IMG/VR virus record: IMGVR_UViG_3300044825_003036
From: an uncultured virus (IMG/VR IMGVR_UViG_3300044825_003036)
Lineage: Duplodnaviria > Heunggongvirae > Uroviricota > Caudoviricetes
Reading direction: 5' to 3' (one strand)
Length of the DNA: 64,000 nucleotides
Made by a program: the position numbers and the translations under genes. Every line of letters begins with the position of its first letter. Position 1 is the stretch's first letter. Below, piece by piece: positions 17,580-26,789 of the stretch. Below the pieces are notes generated by a model that saw only the letters and a program-made list of their open reading frames with translations, was not told where the DNA came from and did not search any database.

Positions 17580-18281
17580 ATGTTGTTTTACAGAATGCTC
17601 GGGGTGTTGTTGATGAGCGGTGAGCCAGGCGCTGGCGGCGGCGGAGGTGGACCCGCCCCAGTCCCGGACCCAGCTCCGCAGCAGCAGGACGACCCAGAGA
17701 TCAAGCTCACCACCAAACAGCTCAATGCTCGGCTGGAGCGCTCCCGCAGTAGCGCGCTCAAAGAAGTCTGGGGGACGGACAACGTCGACGAGATCAGGGC
17801 GAAGCAGACGCGGCTGAAGGAGCTGGAGGACCAAGAGGAGGCGACCAAACGCGCTCAGATGACCGAGATCGAGCGCCACAAGGCCGACGCTGCAGCAGCG
17901 AAAGCAGCTCAGGCGGCAGCTGAAGAGCAGCTGGCAGAGGTCCGGTTTGCTGGGATCGTGAGCGACAATTGCGCCAAACTCGGGATCACGAATCTGAACT
18001 ACGCCAAGTATTTGGCGGCATCCAGGGCGGACGCCTTGCCGGAAGGGCAACAGCTCGATGTGGAGCAGTTCCTGAAGGAGCAGCTCGACGACCCCCAGGT
18101 GAAAGCCGCGCTCGGGCTGTCGGCGCCGGTGAAGGTGATCGATAAGCCCGTGGACACCAGCCCCGCAGGGGGGAAGCCTCCGGCTCCTCCCCCGCCAGCA
18201 GGTGGGGTGCCGGCGGGCGGAAAGGCCGTCAAGGACATGACCCAATCCGAGTTCCAAGCGCACTTGGCCTCATTGAAGTAA
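17580..18281 (+). CDS. Capsid scaffolding protein
   Basis: Gly/Pro N-terminus, coiled coil with KRAQMTEIER, Pro-rich tail ending KDMTQSEF; directly upstream of the MCP. Confidence 0.8.
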   Translation: MLFYRMLGVLLMSGEPGAGGGGGGPAPVPDPAPQQQDDPEIKLTTKQLNARLERSRSSALKEVWGTDNVDEIRAKQTRLKELEDQEEATKRAQMTEIERHKADAAAAKAAQAAAEEQLAEVRFAGIVSDNCAKLGITNLNYAKYLAASRADALPEGQQLDVEQFLKEQLDDPQVKAALGLSAPVKVIDKPVDTSPAGGKPPAPPPPAGGVPAGGKAVKDMTQSEFQAHLASLK

Positions 18282-18342
18282 CCGCGGAGGCGCCAACACG
18301 GGCCCATCGAGACGTTTCGGCGCCTCCTGGGCCCGTTGCCGT

Positions 18343-18371
18343 TTGACGCTAGGAAAAACCGCTGTTAGGGT
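18343..18371 (+). promoter_or_regulatory. Strong sigma70-type promoter for the major capsid gene
   Basis: TTGACG-17 bp-TAGGGT with extended TG. Confidence 0.75.
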
Positions 18372-18472
18372 TTCTGGGAACCCAAGACGCGCAAACGCGA
18401 ACGCGGACGACGGCGGAAACGGTCGGGATAAAGCGGGAGGTCGTCACGGGAAAACCATGAAAGGGATTTTCT

Positions 18473-19861
18473 GTGTCGCTAATTTTGCAAGGTATACCGA
18501 GTTCGCTGAGCGCGATCGTCCAGGACGGCACGCTGGAGCGCGTGTTCCACGATGCAACGATGCCCAAGCTGCTCTTCCGCGGCGAAGCGGTACCCGATCG
18601 CTGGGAAGCCAACCTCGGCGAGCGCATGATCTTCACCCGGCGCGGTCGTCCGTTGCCGTCGATCAAGCCGCTGATCCCGGGCCAAGATCCGGTCCCGCGT
18701 CAGTACGAAATGGAGCAATGGGACGTGACCGCCGCTCAGTACGGCGACAGCAACGTCACTCACATGCCGACGTCCTACGTCACGCTCGCGTCGACGTTCC
18801 TCAGCAACACCCAGCAGCTGGGCCTGGGCGCGGCGCTGACCATGAACACTCTAACGCGCAACCGTCTGTTTGCGTCGTACCTCGCGGGCGAGGCGATGGT
18901 TCGGGCTACGGCTAGCGCCAGTGCGTTCCAGGTCCAGGTGACCACCCTCAACGGCTTCACCGAGCGACTGTTGAACGGCAAGCTGCTGCCGGTCAGCCCG
19001 GGAAACCCGCTCCCGGTGACGTTCAGCGTCGCGGGCGAGCCGGCAAACACCGTGGTGGGTTACACGCCCAACGACCCGGCAGAGCCGCTGGGTTCGGGTG
19101 TGCTCACGCTCTCGGCGGCGCTCACGGTTGGTTTGGCTGCCCGTGATGCGGTGTATGCCGCCACCCGCGCGCGCCGGTTGCGCGTTGGCGGTGGCGCGAC
19201 GGTCGACGCCCTCAGCTCGACGAACATTCTGACGCTCAACGACGTGATCGCGGGCATCACTCGTCTTCGGGACCAGAACATCCCGCCCCACGCTGATGGC
19301 CGCTATCACGTGCACGTCACCCCGACCGGTGAACAGCAATTGTTCGCCGACAATCACTGGCAGCGCTTGCACCAGTCGCTTCCGGATTCGATCGCGTATC
19401 GGGACTTGGCGCTCGGCGACGCGGTGGGTGGCCGGTTCTACCGCAACACGGAAAACCCGAGTCAAGCCAACTGCTATGGCGGCTTGGAGGTCTCGCCCGG
19501 TGGCGACGGTGGCGCTCGCTTGGCAAAGGAGATCGGCGCCGAGGTCACCAACGAGAACGGCTACGACATTCGTCGTTGCATCATCACCGGTGGCGGCGTG
19601 ATGTCCGAGAAGTACTTGGACGAGTCCAAGTTCATCACCGAGGCCGGTGTGATGGGTAAGATCGGTGAGTTCTCGATCGTGAACGGTGGCGTCGCGGTGA
19701 TGACTCAGCGCATTCGCTACATTCTCCGCGCGCCCCAAGACGCTCTCCAACAGACTGTGACCCAGTCGTGGAGCTGGTCGGGCGACTTCGCCACGCCGAG
19801 CGATGCGCTCTCGGGCGACACGGCTCGCCACAAGCGCGCGGTCGTGATCGAGCACGGCTGA
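18473..19861 (+). CDS. Major capsid protein (N4-gp56-like HK97 fold with an insertion domain)
   Basis: 462 aa after the scaffold; DGRYHVHVTP...LFAD, DALQQ...SW motifs; followed by a terminator. Confidence 0.85.
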   Translation: MSLILQGIPSSLSAIVQDGTLERVFHDATMPKLLFRGEAVPDRWEANLGERMIFTRRGRPLPSIKPLIPGQDPVPRQYEMEQWDVTAAQYGDSNVTHMPTSYVTLASTFLSNTQQLGLGAALTMNTLTRNRLFASYLAGEAMVRATASASAFQVQVTTLNGFTERLLNGKLLPVSPGNPLPVTFSVAGEPANTVVGYTPNDPAEPLGSGVLTLSAALTVGLAARDAVYAATRARRLRVGGGATVDALSSTNILTLNDVIAGITRLRDQNIPPHADGRYHVHVTPTGEQQLFADNHWQRLHQSLPDSIAYRDLALGDAVGGRFYRNTENPSQANCYGGLEVSPGGDGGARLAKEIGAEVTNENGYDIRRCIITGGGVMSEKYLDESKFITEAGVMGKIGEFSIVNGGVAVMTQRIRYILRAPQDALQQTVTQSWSWSGDFATPSDALSGDTARHKRAVVIEHG

Positions 19862-19893
19862 CGAACTTCCGGGTTGAAGCTCGGCGGTGTTTG

Positions 19894-19926
19894 AACCCGG
19901 TGGTCCTGTGGGGCTGCCGGGTTTTT
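19894..19926 (+). terminator. Intrinsic terminator after the MCP gene
   Basis: AACCCGGTGGTCC-TGTG-GGGCTGCCGGGTT followed by TTT. Confidence 0.75.
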
Positions 19927-20023
19927 GCTATTCTGGGAGCATGATTCGGCGCGTTGCTTTCTGGTTGGTCGTGGTTGGAGCGATAGCTTTTGCGTTGGCG
20001 CCTTTGGCCATGGCGGTGGGTAG

Positions 20024-20224
20024 GTGATCGATCTAGCGGGACTGGCCGCAGCCTTGAGTGCGGGGGCCAAGTTTCTGGGGGCGCTCCGAGGGCTTTGGGC
20101 GAAAGAGCGGAGCCTTTCGGAGGCCGAACTTTTGAACCAGCGCCAAGAGCAGACCGCGGGTGCGGCGCGGAACTACGCCAGCCGAAAGACGGAGCTGGCT
20201 GAACGTGCAAAGCGATCGAAGTAG
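20024..20224 (+). CDS. Small protein with a hydrophobic N-terminus
   Basis: 66 aa ORF fits the gap. Confidence 0.5.
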   Translation: MIDLAGLAAALSAGAKFLGALRGLWAKERSLSEAELLNQRQEQTAGAARNYASRKTELAERAKRSK

Positions 20225-20251
20225 CGATATCCTGCCGTGGAAAGGACCACC

Positions 20252-20986
20252 ATGGCGGAATACAGCGAGAAGCAGGCACGGGCAGAGTACGAGACGTTTG
20301 ACCGCGACTTCCTTTACGAGGTCGCGAAGGAGCGCGGGATCAAGGGGCTGAGCAAGAGCACCAAGCCGGAGTTGGTCGACGCTTTGGTGGCTCACGACAA
20401 GGGGCAGCTACAGGGCGAGACTCCGACCAACCCAGTTAACGAGATACCCCCAGCCCCTGGGGCGACCGGCGCGACGGCACCGAACGGCGCTAGCGGCGCA
20501 GCTGCGACAGTCGATCCGGCTGGCGCAACGGGAGCTACCGGGTCTTTGGCGCAGCCGAACCCGGATGATCCCGAGGTGAACAAGCCTCCGAAGGACCCGT
20601 TGTTCCCTGATTCGACGCTGGCGGAGCAGACCCGGAGAATTCGCGCAAACCCCACGTCCCGGCTACAGGCGAAGCTGGAGGACAAGGACTTGCCCGACCA
20701 TCTGCGCACGCTGATTACTGCTGAGCTGCGGGAGCGCGAGCAGTACGAGAAGGACGAGGCGCAGCGCCAGCAAACGAGTACCAAGATCGCTCGCTACCGA
20801 ATCACGGTTGGTGGACGCTACGTCACGCGTGGCGGCTACATGACAGAACTCCCGGTGAACTCCTTTATCACCGAGAAAACGCACGATCTGGCCCACGTCT
20901 ACCAGCAGGGGATCCGGTTCACTCCGGCTGAAGCCGTGGTCGTGTCGCGCGATCAACTGGGGAACCAGGTTACGAGGGTTGTATGA
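20252..20986 (+). CDS. Protein with an N-terminal Rho-N/HeH-like helical domain
   Basis: LYEVAKERGIKGLSKSTKPELVDAL; SD AAAGGA. Confidence 0.7.
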   Translation: MAEYSEKQARAEYETFDRDFLYEVAKERGIKGLSKSTKPELVDALVAHDKGQLQGETPTNPVNEIPPAPGATGATAPNGASGAAATVDPAGATGATGSLAQPNPDDPEVNKPPKDPLFPDSTLAEQTRRIRANPTSRLQAKLEDKDLPDHLRTLITAELREREQYEKDEAQRQQTSTKIARYRITVGGRYVTRGGYMTELPVNSFITEKTHDLAHVYQQGIRFTPAEAVVVSRDQLGNQVTRVV

Positions 20987-21146
20987 AGCAGAGCGGGATC
21001 GGCAACACCAACCAGGGACGCGACGACAAGCCGGATAGCAAAGACCTTGGCGACGACCAGACGCCAAAGGTAAAACCCAAATCGTCGGTACCGAAGAAGG
21101 GCAAACCGATCCCGGCGTCGCGGTTGGTCGGAAAGGTCAAAGGGCT

Positions 21147-21554
21147 ATGAGCTTCAGCGATTCGGAGAAGGCGCGGATCAAGTATTTCCTGAGCTACCCG
21201 GATTGGAGCTCGACGGCGCAGTCGATTCAGCTCGGGTACCCTGCGGCGAGCCAGCCGGCATTCCTTGTCGACGATGCGTTCCACCGGCTCACGCCAAGTG
21301 GCGAGGTCCAGGTGCGTCACGTGCTTTGCGAGTGCGAGGCTGTGGAGCGTCAGATCTCGACATCGCGCAAGCGCCTGGAGGCGGCGGAGGTCGGCAACGT
21401 CAAGCTCAATGCGGGCGAGTTCGAGGCGCTTCAAGGGCAGCTGAAGTTCTGGGCCTTGCGTCTGGCGAGCACGCTCGGGGTGGTAAGCAACCCGTACAGC
21501 CAGTACGAGCACTTGGGTGGCGGCGGAGGCCGCAACGCTACGGTGATTGGGTAG
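21147..21554 (+). CDS. Putative head-tail adaptor
   Basis: MSFSDSEKARIKYFLSYP start; size and position. Confidence 0.65.
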   Translation: MSFSDSEKARIKYFLSYPDWSSTAQSIQLGYPAASQPAFLVDDAFHRLTPSGEVQVRHVLCECEAVERQISTSRKRLEAAEVGNVKLNAGEFEALQGQLKFWALRLASTLGVVSNPYSQYEHLGGGGGRNATVIG

Positions 21555-21586
21555 CGCGAGTGGGGCGGCTGGTGTACCGTTCCACG

Positions 21587-22156
21587 GTGACCGAGCCAAA
21601 CCCTCGCACATCGACGCCCAACGATACCCAGCATCCTCTGGAGGCTCCAGAGCTGTCGTTGGCCGAGTCGTTGGGCGCAACGGTTGATGGGGCCCGTCAG
21701 TTGATGGCGGACATGGGGATGCGCCCCTATCGCGTTTGGATCGTGACGGTGCAGTGGGAGGGTGGGGAGATTGGGCGCGGCGAGTCGCGGGTTGTCGCTG
21801 AGCGCGAGCTGCTCCCTACGCCGTTGGTTGACACCCGACCGATTTACACTGAGTCCAGGAGCGGCGGTACCGTTGACCAGGGGATGCTGCGGCTCCGCGA
21901 GATCAGTCCGCGCTACACCGAGGCGGAGATCTGGGGTGTGTTCCGCGCCGACCAGGGCCAGCAGGTGTTCGTGGAGCAGCGCGTGGACTCTCGCGACGGC
22001 GAGACACAGCGGCGGCGCTACGTGGTCCGTGGGCAGCCGTGGCGCGACGCAGAGCGTTTTCAGTGGGTCGTCAACATGAGCACCGAGCAGCAGGCGCGCT
22101 CGCCTAGCGGGCAGCTGGAGCAGGCGCAGCTGTATCCCGAGCGCGGGGCCGTGTGA
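21587..22156 (+). CDS. Putative head-closure protein
   Basis: Position in the neck cluster; GTG 6 nt after TACCGT. Confidence 0.55.
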   Translation: MTEPNPRTSTPNDTQHPLEAPELSLAESLGATVDGARQLMADMGMRPYRVWIVTVQWEGGEIGRGESRVVAERELLPTPLVDTRPIYTESRSGGTVDQGMLRLREISPRYTEAEIWGVFRADQGQQVFVEQRVDSRDGETQRRRYVVRGQPWRDAERFQWVVNMSTEQQARSPSGQLEQAQLYPERGAV

Positions 22157-22641
22157 GAAAGCGGATAACGCTGGAGGAGCTGCCGGCGATGATCTCGAAG
22201 CTGGAGCCTGAGGTGGCGCAGGCTGTTCTGCGGGGGTTGAGCTCGGCGACGGTGCGCGGCAAGTCCGAGGTGGTAAAGGAGATCGACCGCTCGGTCCCTT
22301 ACCCCGCGGTGGACACCGGGCGCCTGAGGAACAGCGTCAAGGCGAACGGGTTCACCCGAGAGCTCTGGGTCGATGCGCCTCACGCGGCGCCGATCAACTA
22401 CGGGACTCGGCCGTTTCGTCCGCCGCTGGCACCGTTGTTGACGTGGGTGGTTCGCAAGGGCTTGGCCGACGACGAGGACGAGGCCTATGTGGTGGCGCGA
22501 GCCATCCAGAACAAGATTGCGGCGGAGGGGATCGCGCCGCGACACTTCTGGGAAAAGGCTATGACGACGGTTCAAGATCAGCTCGTGCCGGTTGAGGTGC
22601 GCGCCGAACTGGGAAGGCTGGCAGAGCGTGGACACTACTGA
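22153..22641 (+). CDS. HK97 gp10-like neck/tail completion protein
   Basis: PAVDTGRLRNS...INYGTRP...GIAPRHF. Confidence 0.8.
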   Translation: MRKRITLEELPAMISKLEPEVAQAVLRGLSSATVRGKSEVVKEIDRSVPYPAVDTGRLRNSVKANGFTRELWVDAPHAAPINYGTRPFRPPLAPLLTWVVRKGLADDEDEAYVVARAIQNKIAAEGIAPRHFWEKAMTTVQDQLVPVEVRAELGRLAERGHY

Positions 22642-23278
22642 TAGCGCGGGACGGTTGCAGGCAGAGATCGGCGAGGATCGGTTCGAGCTGGTGCGCCAAA
22701 ACACGATGGATCCGCGCGGCGCGGCGGCGCAGGCGCTGGCGGTGTACCTGGAGAAGGTGGTGTTTTCTGTGGCAGGGGGCCATCAGTTTCACTTCGCGCA
22801 GGTGTTGCGGGAGTGGCCCGAGTCGTTCGAGCAACTCAAGTACCCCAGCGCGGCGATCACGTCGGCGAGCGAGCCCCGAACCCCTCACGCTCTCACGCCG
22901 GTGGCGCTGGAGTGGTCGTGGAACGAGTACGCGCCCAATTCGGTGCTGTGGCAAACAGACGATCTGGCGGTCGAGTTCCAGGTGGACTGCTGGCTCACGA
23001 CCAAGCCTGAGCGCCAAGCGGTGATCGCGCGGCTCGACGATGTGTTTTCGCCCACCGAGACCCGGAGCGGCCTGCTGCTGCAGGCTCCTCCAGAGTATTT
23101 CTGCCTGCCGATCCGCTATTCGTACCGTGGCGGGGACCGCGTCGACAATTCGGCGGCGGCATTCAATCGGGATCGGGAGTACCGCGCCAAGGTGCTGGCG
23201 GAAGTGCCTGTGGTCCATCTACGGCGCGCGGTGGAGCTGCAGCCGTTGACCCGACTAGAAGTGCTGGAATCGGCGTGA
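22628..23278 (+). CDS. Putative tail terminator/completion protein
   Basis: Position before the sheath; LKYPSA motif. Confidence 0.6.
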   Translation: MDTTDSAGRLQAEIGEDRFELVRQNTMDPRGAAAQALAVYLEKVVFSVAGGHQFHFAQVLREWPESFEQLKYPSAAITSASEPRTPHALTPVALEWSWNEYAPNSVLWQTDDLAVEFQVDCWLTTKPERQAVIARLDDVFSPTETRSGLLLQAPPEYFCLPIRYSYRGGDRVDNSAAAFNRDREYRAKVLAEVPVVHLRRAVELQPLTRLEVLESA

Positions 23279-23311
23279 TAGGCTTTTGGCCAAGAAAGGA
23301 ACTGGGAACCA

Positions 23312-25510
23312 ATGTCAGGATTTTTGCGGCGATACACCTCGCTCCCGTCGATTGAAGTAATTCGACAGATCGAGGGTGTGGTGGTTGTGGACCAGGCTCC
23401 CCCCGATCCCGCCACTGGCGTTGGATCTGGTGCGGTGCTGTTGGTCGGCGAGTTCGAGGACGGCCCGTTCGCGGGGGAGGTCAAGGGCGCGCTGGAGGTG
23501 TATGGCAGCGCGGACTACGAGTCCAAGTTCGGAGGTTTCGGCTACACCTACGGCGGCGTGGTGGCGAACAACCCGAGCGCGCGGCGCCATTTGGCCGAGC
23601 TCTGGAACGGCAACGGCTGGCTGAAGAGTTTCAAGCTCCGAGCTCAGCGGCTGTTCATTTCGCGCGTGGATACGTCGGTGGGCGCGGTGGCGTTCTCTGC
23701 GTTGGCGGCGCTGGTCGGTGGCGTGGGTCCGTTTCAGCTCACGACGGGCGACACTCTGTCCGTGACGACGGACGCAGGCACTGGCAGCTCGGCGGCGATC
23801 TCGGCAGCCGTAGCGACGGTCACGGGCAGCGGGGCCTCGTTTGGCAGCGTGCTCCCTGGTGAGTCGTTCGGGGTGCGTGTCGACGGCGGGCAACAGGTGA
23901 CGGTGACGTTTGCCGGCGGCGACACGACGCAGGCCGCGGTGATTGCTCGGATCAATGCGGCGCTGGGTTACACGGCTGCGGCGACGTCAACGACGCAGAT
24001 CGCGCTGAGCGGTATTCGTCCGGGCACAGGCGGTTCGCTGGTTCTGTCCTCGATCACGAGCGGCCTGCTCGCAAAACTCGGGCTCACGGCGGGCACGACC
24101 GCAGGAACCGGCAACGTCGCGGACGTCAATGCGGTAACGAGCGACGAGCTCGTGGCGCTGATCAACGGCACGGTGGGCCTTTCCTCGATCAACGCCAGAG
24201 CGAGCAAGACAGCAGGCGGGCAGCTGCGGGTTTACAACAGCGCCACGGCGACGACGTCCACGCTGCTGATCAACAGCGGCGGCCCCATCGGTGGTAAGGC
24301 TGGTTTCACGATCGGAACGACTGTGGGGACGACCAGCCACAACGGCGGTACGATCCCGGCTGGCACCCGAGTGCGGACATCGGGTGGCGCGGAGTGGGTG
24401 ACGATGCAGACGCTGGTTGTCCCAGCGGCTGCTGCTGGTCCGTACCTGGCCAAGGTCCGTCCGGCGCTCGACGACGGCACGGCAGTTGGCGCGACGGCGA
24501 ACACGGTGCAGACCCTGGTGGATCCCGTGGCGTGGGTCGCTCTGTCCGTCAGCAACCCCGCGGCGCTCACTGTGGCACTCAACGAGAACGCGTTGGACAA
24601 CGCCTACGCGGCGGCGTTCGCTGCGACGCTCGACGACACAGGCCCGGCGTCGGAGGCCAACTACCTACTGAGTGCGCGCCGGAGTGACTCGACGGTTCGC
24701 GAGGGCCGCGCCAATGTGCTCCGCGCCGCGGAGTGCGGGATCACGCAACGGATCTACATCACCGGCGATCCGCTCGGGACGACGACGACTCAGATCGTCG
24801 CGAACGTCGCCAACTACCGCTCCGAATCGGTGTTCTACACCGGCAAGGGGCTGCGCGTGCGGATCCCGCAGATTGCGACGCGCGGCGAGGCGGGCGGGCT
24901 CGGGTTCACTGCCGACGGCGTGATTACGGTGCGTCCCGACGGTCCGCTGGCGACGATCTGCGCGCTGCTCGCTCCCGAGGAGAACCCTGGGCAGCAAACC
25001 AACCTGATCGATGACTTTTTCGAGGTCGACGCGGGTGGGGAGGCCCTCTCGATTGACCACTACATCGCGTTTCGGCGCGCAGGTGTGGAGGTCCCGCGCC
25101 TGGACAAGGTGGCCGGCATGGTGTTCCAAAGCGGTGTGACGTCCAGCTTGGACAGCGGGCGCACCACGGCGGCGCGGCGCAAGATGGCCAATTTCATTCA
25201 GGACTCGCTTTCAGGCTTGGTGAAGCCGTTCTCGAAGAAATTGGGGACGCAGTCCCGGCGCGACGCTTGCCGCGGCGTGATCGATGGGTGGCTGGATGGG
25301 CTCCTGAGCGCAAGCCGCCCTGAGCAAGCGCGGATCTTGGGCTTCACGGTGGACGACGGGGCGAATGCCGGGAACACCGCGGCCAGCTTGGCCCTGGGTG
25401 TGTTCTACGTGGCGGTGGTGGTCAAAACCCCATCTTCGATGGATGATATCGTGCTCGTGACCCAAATTGGGCCGAACGCAGTCGTTACGCGAGAGGTTGG
25501 TGCACAATGA
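23312..25510 (+). CDS. Contractile tail sheath protein with inserted beta domains
   Basis: 732 aa; LLVGEFEDGP...FGG N-terminus; RRKMANFIQDSL C-terminal domain; precedes the tube gene. Confidence 0.9.
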   Translation: MSGFLRRYTSLPSIEVIRQIEGVVVVDQAPPDPATGVGSGAVLLVGEFEDGPFAGEVKGALEVYGSADYESKFGGFGYTYGGVVANNPSARRHLAELWNGNGWLKSFKLRAQRLFISRVDTSVGAVAFSALAALVGGVGPFQLTTGDTLSVTTDAGTGSSAAISAAVATVTGSGASFGSVLPGESFGVRVDGGQQVTVTFAGGDTTQAAVIARINAALGYTAAATSTTQIALSGIRPGTGGSLVLSSITSGLLAKLGLTAGTTAGTGNVADVNAVTSDELVALINGTVGLSSINARASKTAGGQLRVYNSATATTSTLLINSGGPIGGKAGFTIGTTVGTTSHNGGTIPAGTRVRTSGGAEWVTMQTLVVPAAAAGPYLAKVRPALDDGTAVGATANTVQTLVDPVAWVALSVSNPAALTVALNENALDNAYAAAFAATLDDTGPASEANYLLSARRSDSTVREGRANVLRAAECGITQRIYITGDPLGTTTTQIVANVANYRSESVFYTGKGLRVRIPQIATRGEAGGLGFTADGVITVRPDGPLATICALLAPEENPGQQTNLIDDFFEVDAGGEALSIDHYIAFRRAGVEVPRLDKVAGMVFQSGVTSSLDSGRTTAARRKMANFIQDSLSGLVKPFSKKLGTQSRRDACRGVIDGWLDGLLSASRPEQARILGFTVDDGANAGNTAASLALGVFYVAVVVKTPSSMDDIVLVTQIGPNAVVTREVGAQ

Positions 25511-25938
25511 GCGCGAGACTCAAAGGTCAGGAGACCAAGATCAGCTTTACCGGACCGGGCGGAGATTTCGATCTGCCCTTCATTCTGTCGTTCGAGTGGA
25601 CGATGGACATGGAGATTCTGGAAAGCCAGTTCCTCGGCAACACGTCCAAGTCGTTCGACGACATTTTCCACGGGTTTTCGGGGCAGGTCGAGGCTCAGCT
25701 GGACAGCGCAACGATTCTCAAGATGCAGGAGCGGATCCAGTTTCGAGCTCAGCGGCGTGAGGCGGCCGGCGGCGTGTTCTCCGCGACTAGCCGGTTTGCG
25801 TTTGCGCGGGGTGGGAGCGCGAGAGTTGTGTTCCCGGATATTTTTTGGGGCCCCATCCCAATGAAAGCCTCGGAGCGAGCGCAGTACGTCACCACCACGC
25901 TAGAGTGGAAGTGCGACTCCATCCGGCGTATCCTGTAG
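25507..25938 (+). CDS. Tail tube protein
   Basis: 143 aa beta-rich protein directly after the sheath. Confidence 0.8.
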   Translation: MSARLKGQETKISFTGPGGDFDLPFILSFEWTMDMEILESQFLGNTSKSFDDIFHGFSGQVEAQLDSATILKMQERIQFRAQRREAAGGVFSATSRFAFARGGSARVVFPDIFWGPIPMKASERAQYVTTTLEWKCDSIRRIL

Positions 25939-26055
25939 TTCCGTCGCGGCTTGGGTTGGTTTTTTGGAAAGCGAGTGCCTGGCGGTGCTCGCTTTTCGCT
26001 TTTCCACGGGTCCCCAATCCAAGTCGCGGCGGGCTAAAACCGTGGAAGGAAAAGC

Positions 26056-26538
26056 ATGAGCAACAACGAGACTGAAACCACTCCCGCGCCTCCCGCGCCG
26101 TCACGCCTCAAGGCCAACCCCGAGCTGATCACTCAGCTGTTTGAGCGCAAGACCAGTGTGGGCCTCACGACGGACAAGCCGCTGATCGAGCGGCGAAAGT
26201 TCGAGTTTCAACTGGACGGGTCGGCGTGCGCGCCGGGGGTCTTCGTGGACGAGGATGGGGAATACTTTGACGTCATGGTGACGCTGCAGAGCCTTTCCTC
26301 TGCTGAGGAGATTGAGGCTCTTACTGGCGTGCGTGACCCGAACCAGGCCCCGTATGTGTTGGCCAAGCGCAGTCTGCTGGCGCTCAATGGCCACGTGCTC
26401 AGCGCCGACGAGCGAGAGTTCTTTTGGGAAGCGCTCGGGATGGGCGGACGCCAGTTGGCGTTTTTGGCATTCGGGACGATCGGTAGCGCAAGCGGCGTCG
26501 CGTTGGGAAAATTCCGAGCCACCTTTTCCCCCTGCTGA
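26056..26538 (+). CDS. Tail assembly chaperone (G-type)
   Basis: Between tube and tape measure; slippery GGGAAAA near the 3' end. Confidence 0.8.
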   Translation: MSNNETETTPAPPAPSRLKANPELITQLFERKTSVGLTTDKPLIERRKFEFQLDGSACAPGVFVDEDGEYFDVMVTLQSLSSAEEIEALTGVRDPNQAPYVLAKRSLLALNGHVLSADEREFFWEALGMGGRQLAFLAFGTIGSASGVALGKFRATFSPC

Positions 26539-26777
26539 GGGTGCGGCTTCCAGAGCTGCTCTCGTTCTGGGTCGCGCACGCACTGGCATGGCCGGCGGTG
26601 TCCGTCGAGGCGGGGCGGGAGTTGGTCTGGAAGCGCGTAGCCTACGCGACCCGCTACGGCAAAGGGTGTTCGCTGGGCGAAGCGTTGGCGCTCGACACAG
26701 AGGCGCTCGGCGGGTACCTGCAGGCGCTTGGGCAGCTGGTGAAGGAAGAGAACGAGGCGGCCAAGAGCAAAGCCTGA
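26511..26777 (+). CDS. Tail assembly chaperone GT-type extension via -1 frameshift
   Basis: The -1 frame is open from the slippery site through ORF 26541..26777. Confidence 0.75.
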   Translation: MPSHLFPLLRVRLPELLSFWVAHALAWPAVSVEAGRELVWKRVAYATRYGKGCSLGEALALDTEALGGYLQALGQLVKEENEAAKSKA

Positions 26778-26789
26778 TAGGCTTTGGGA

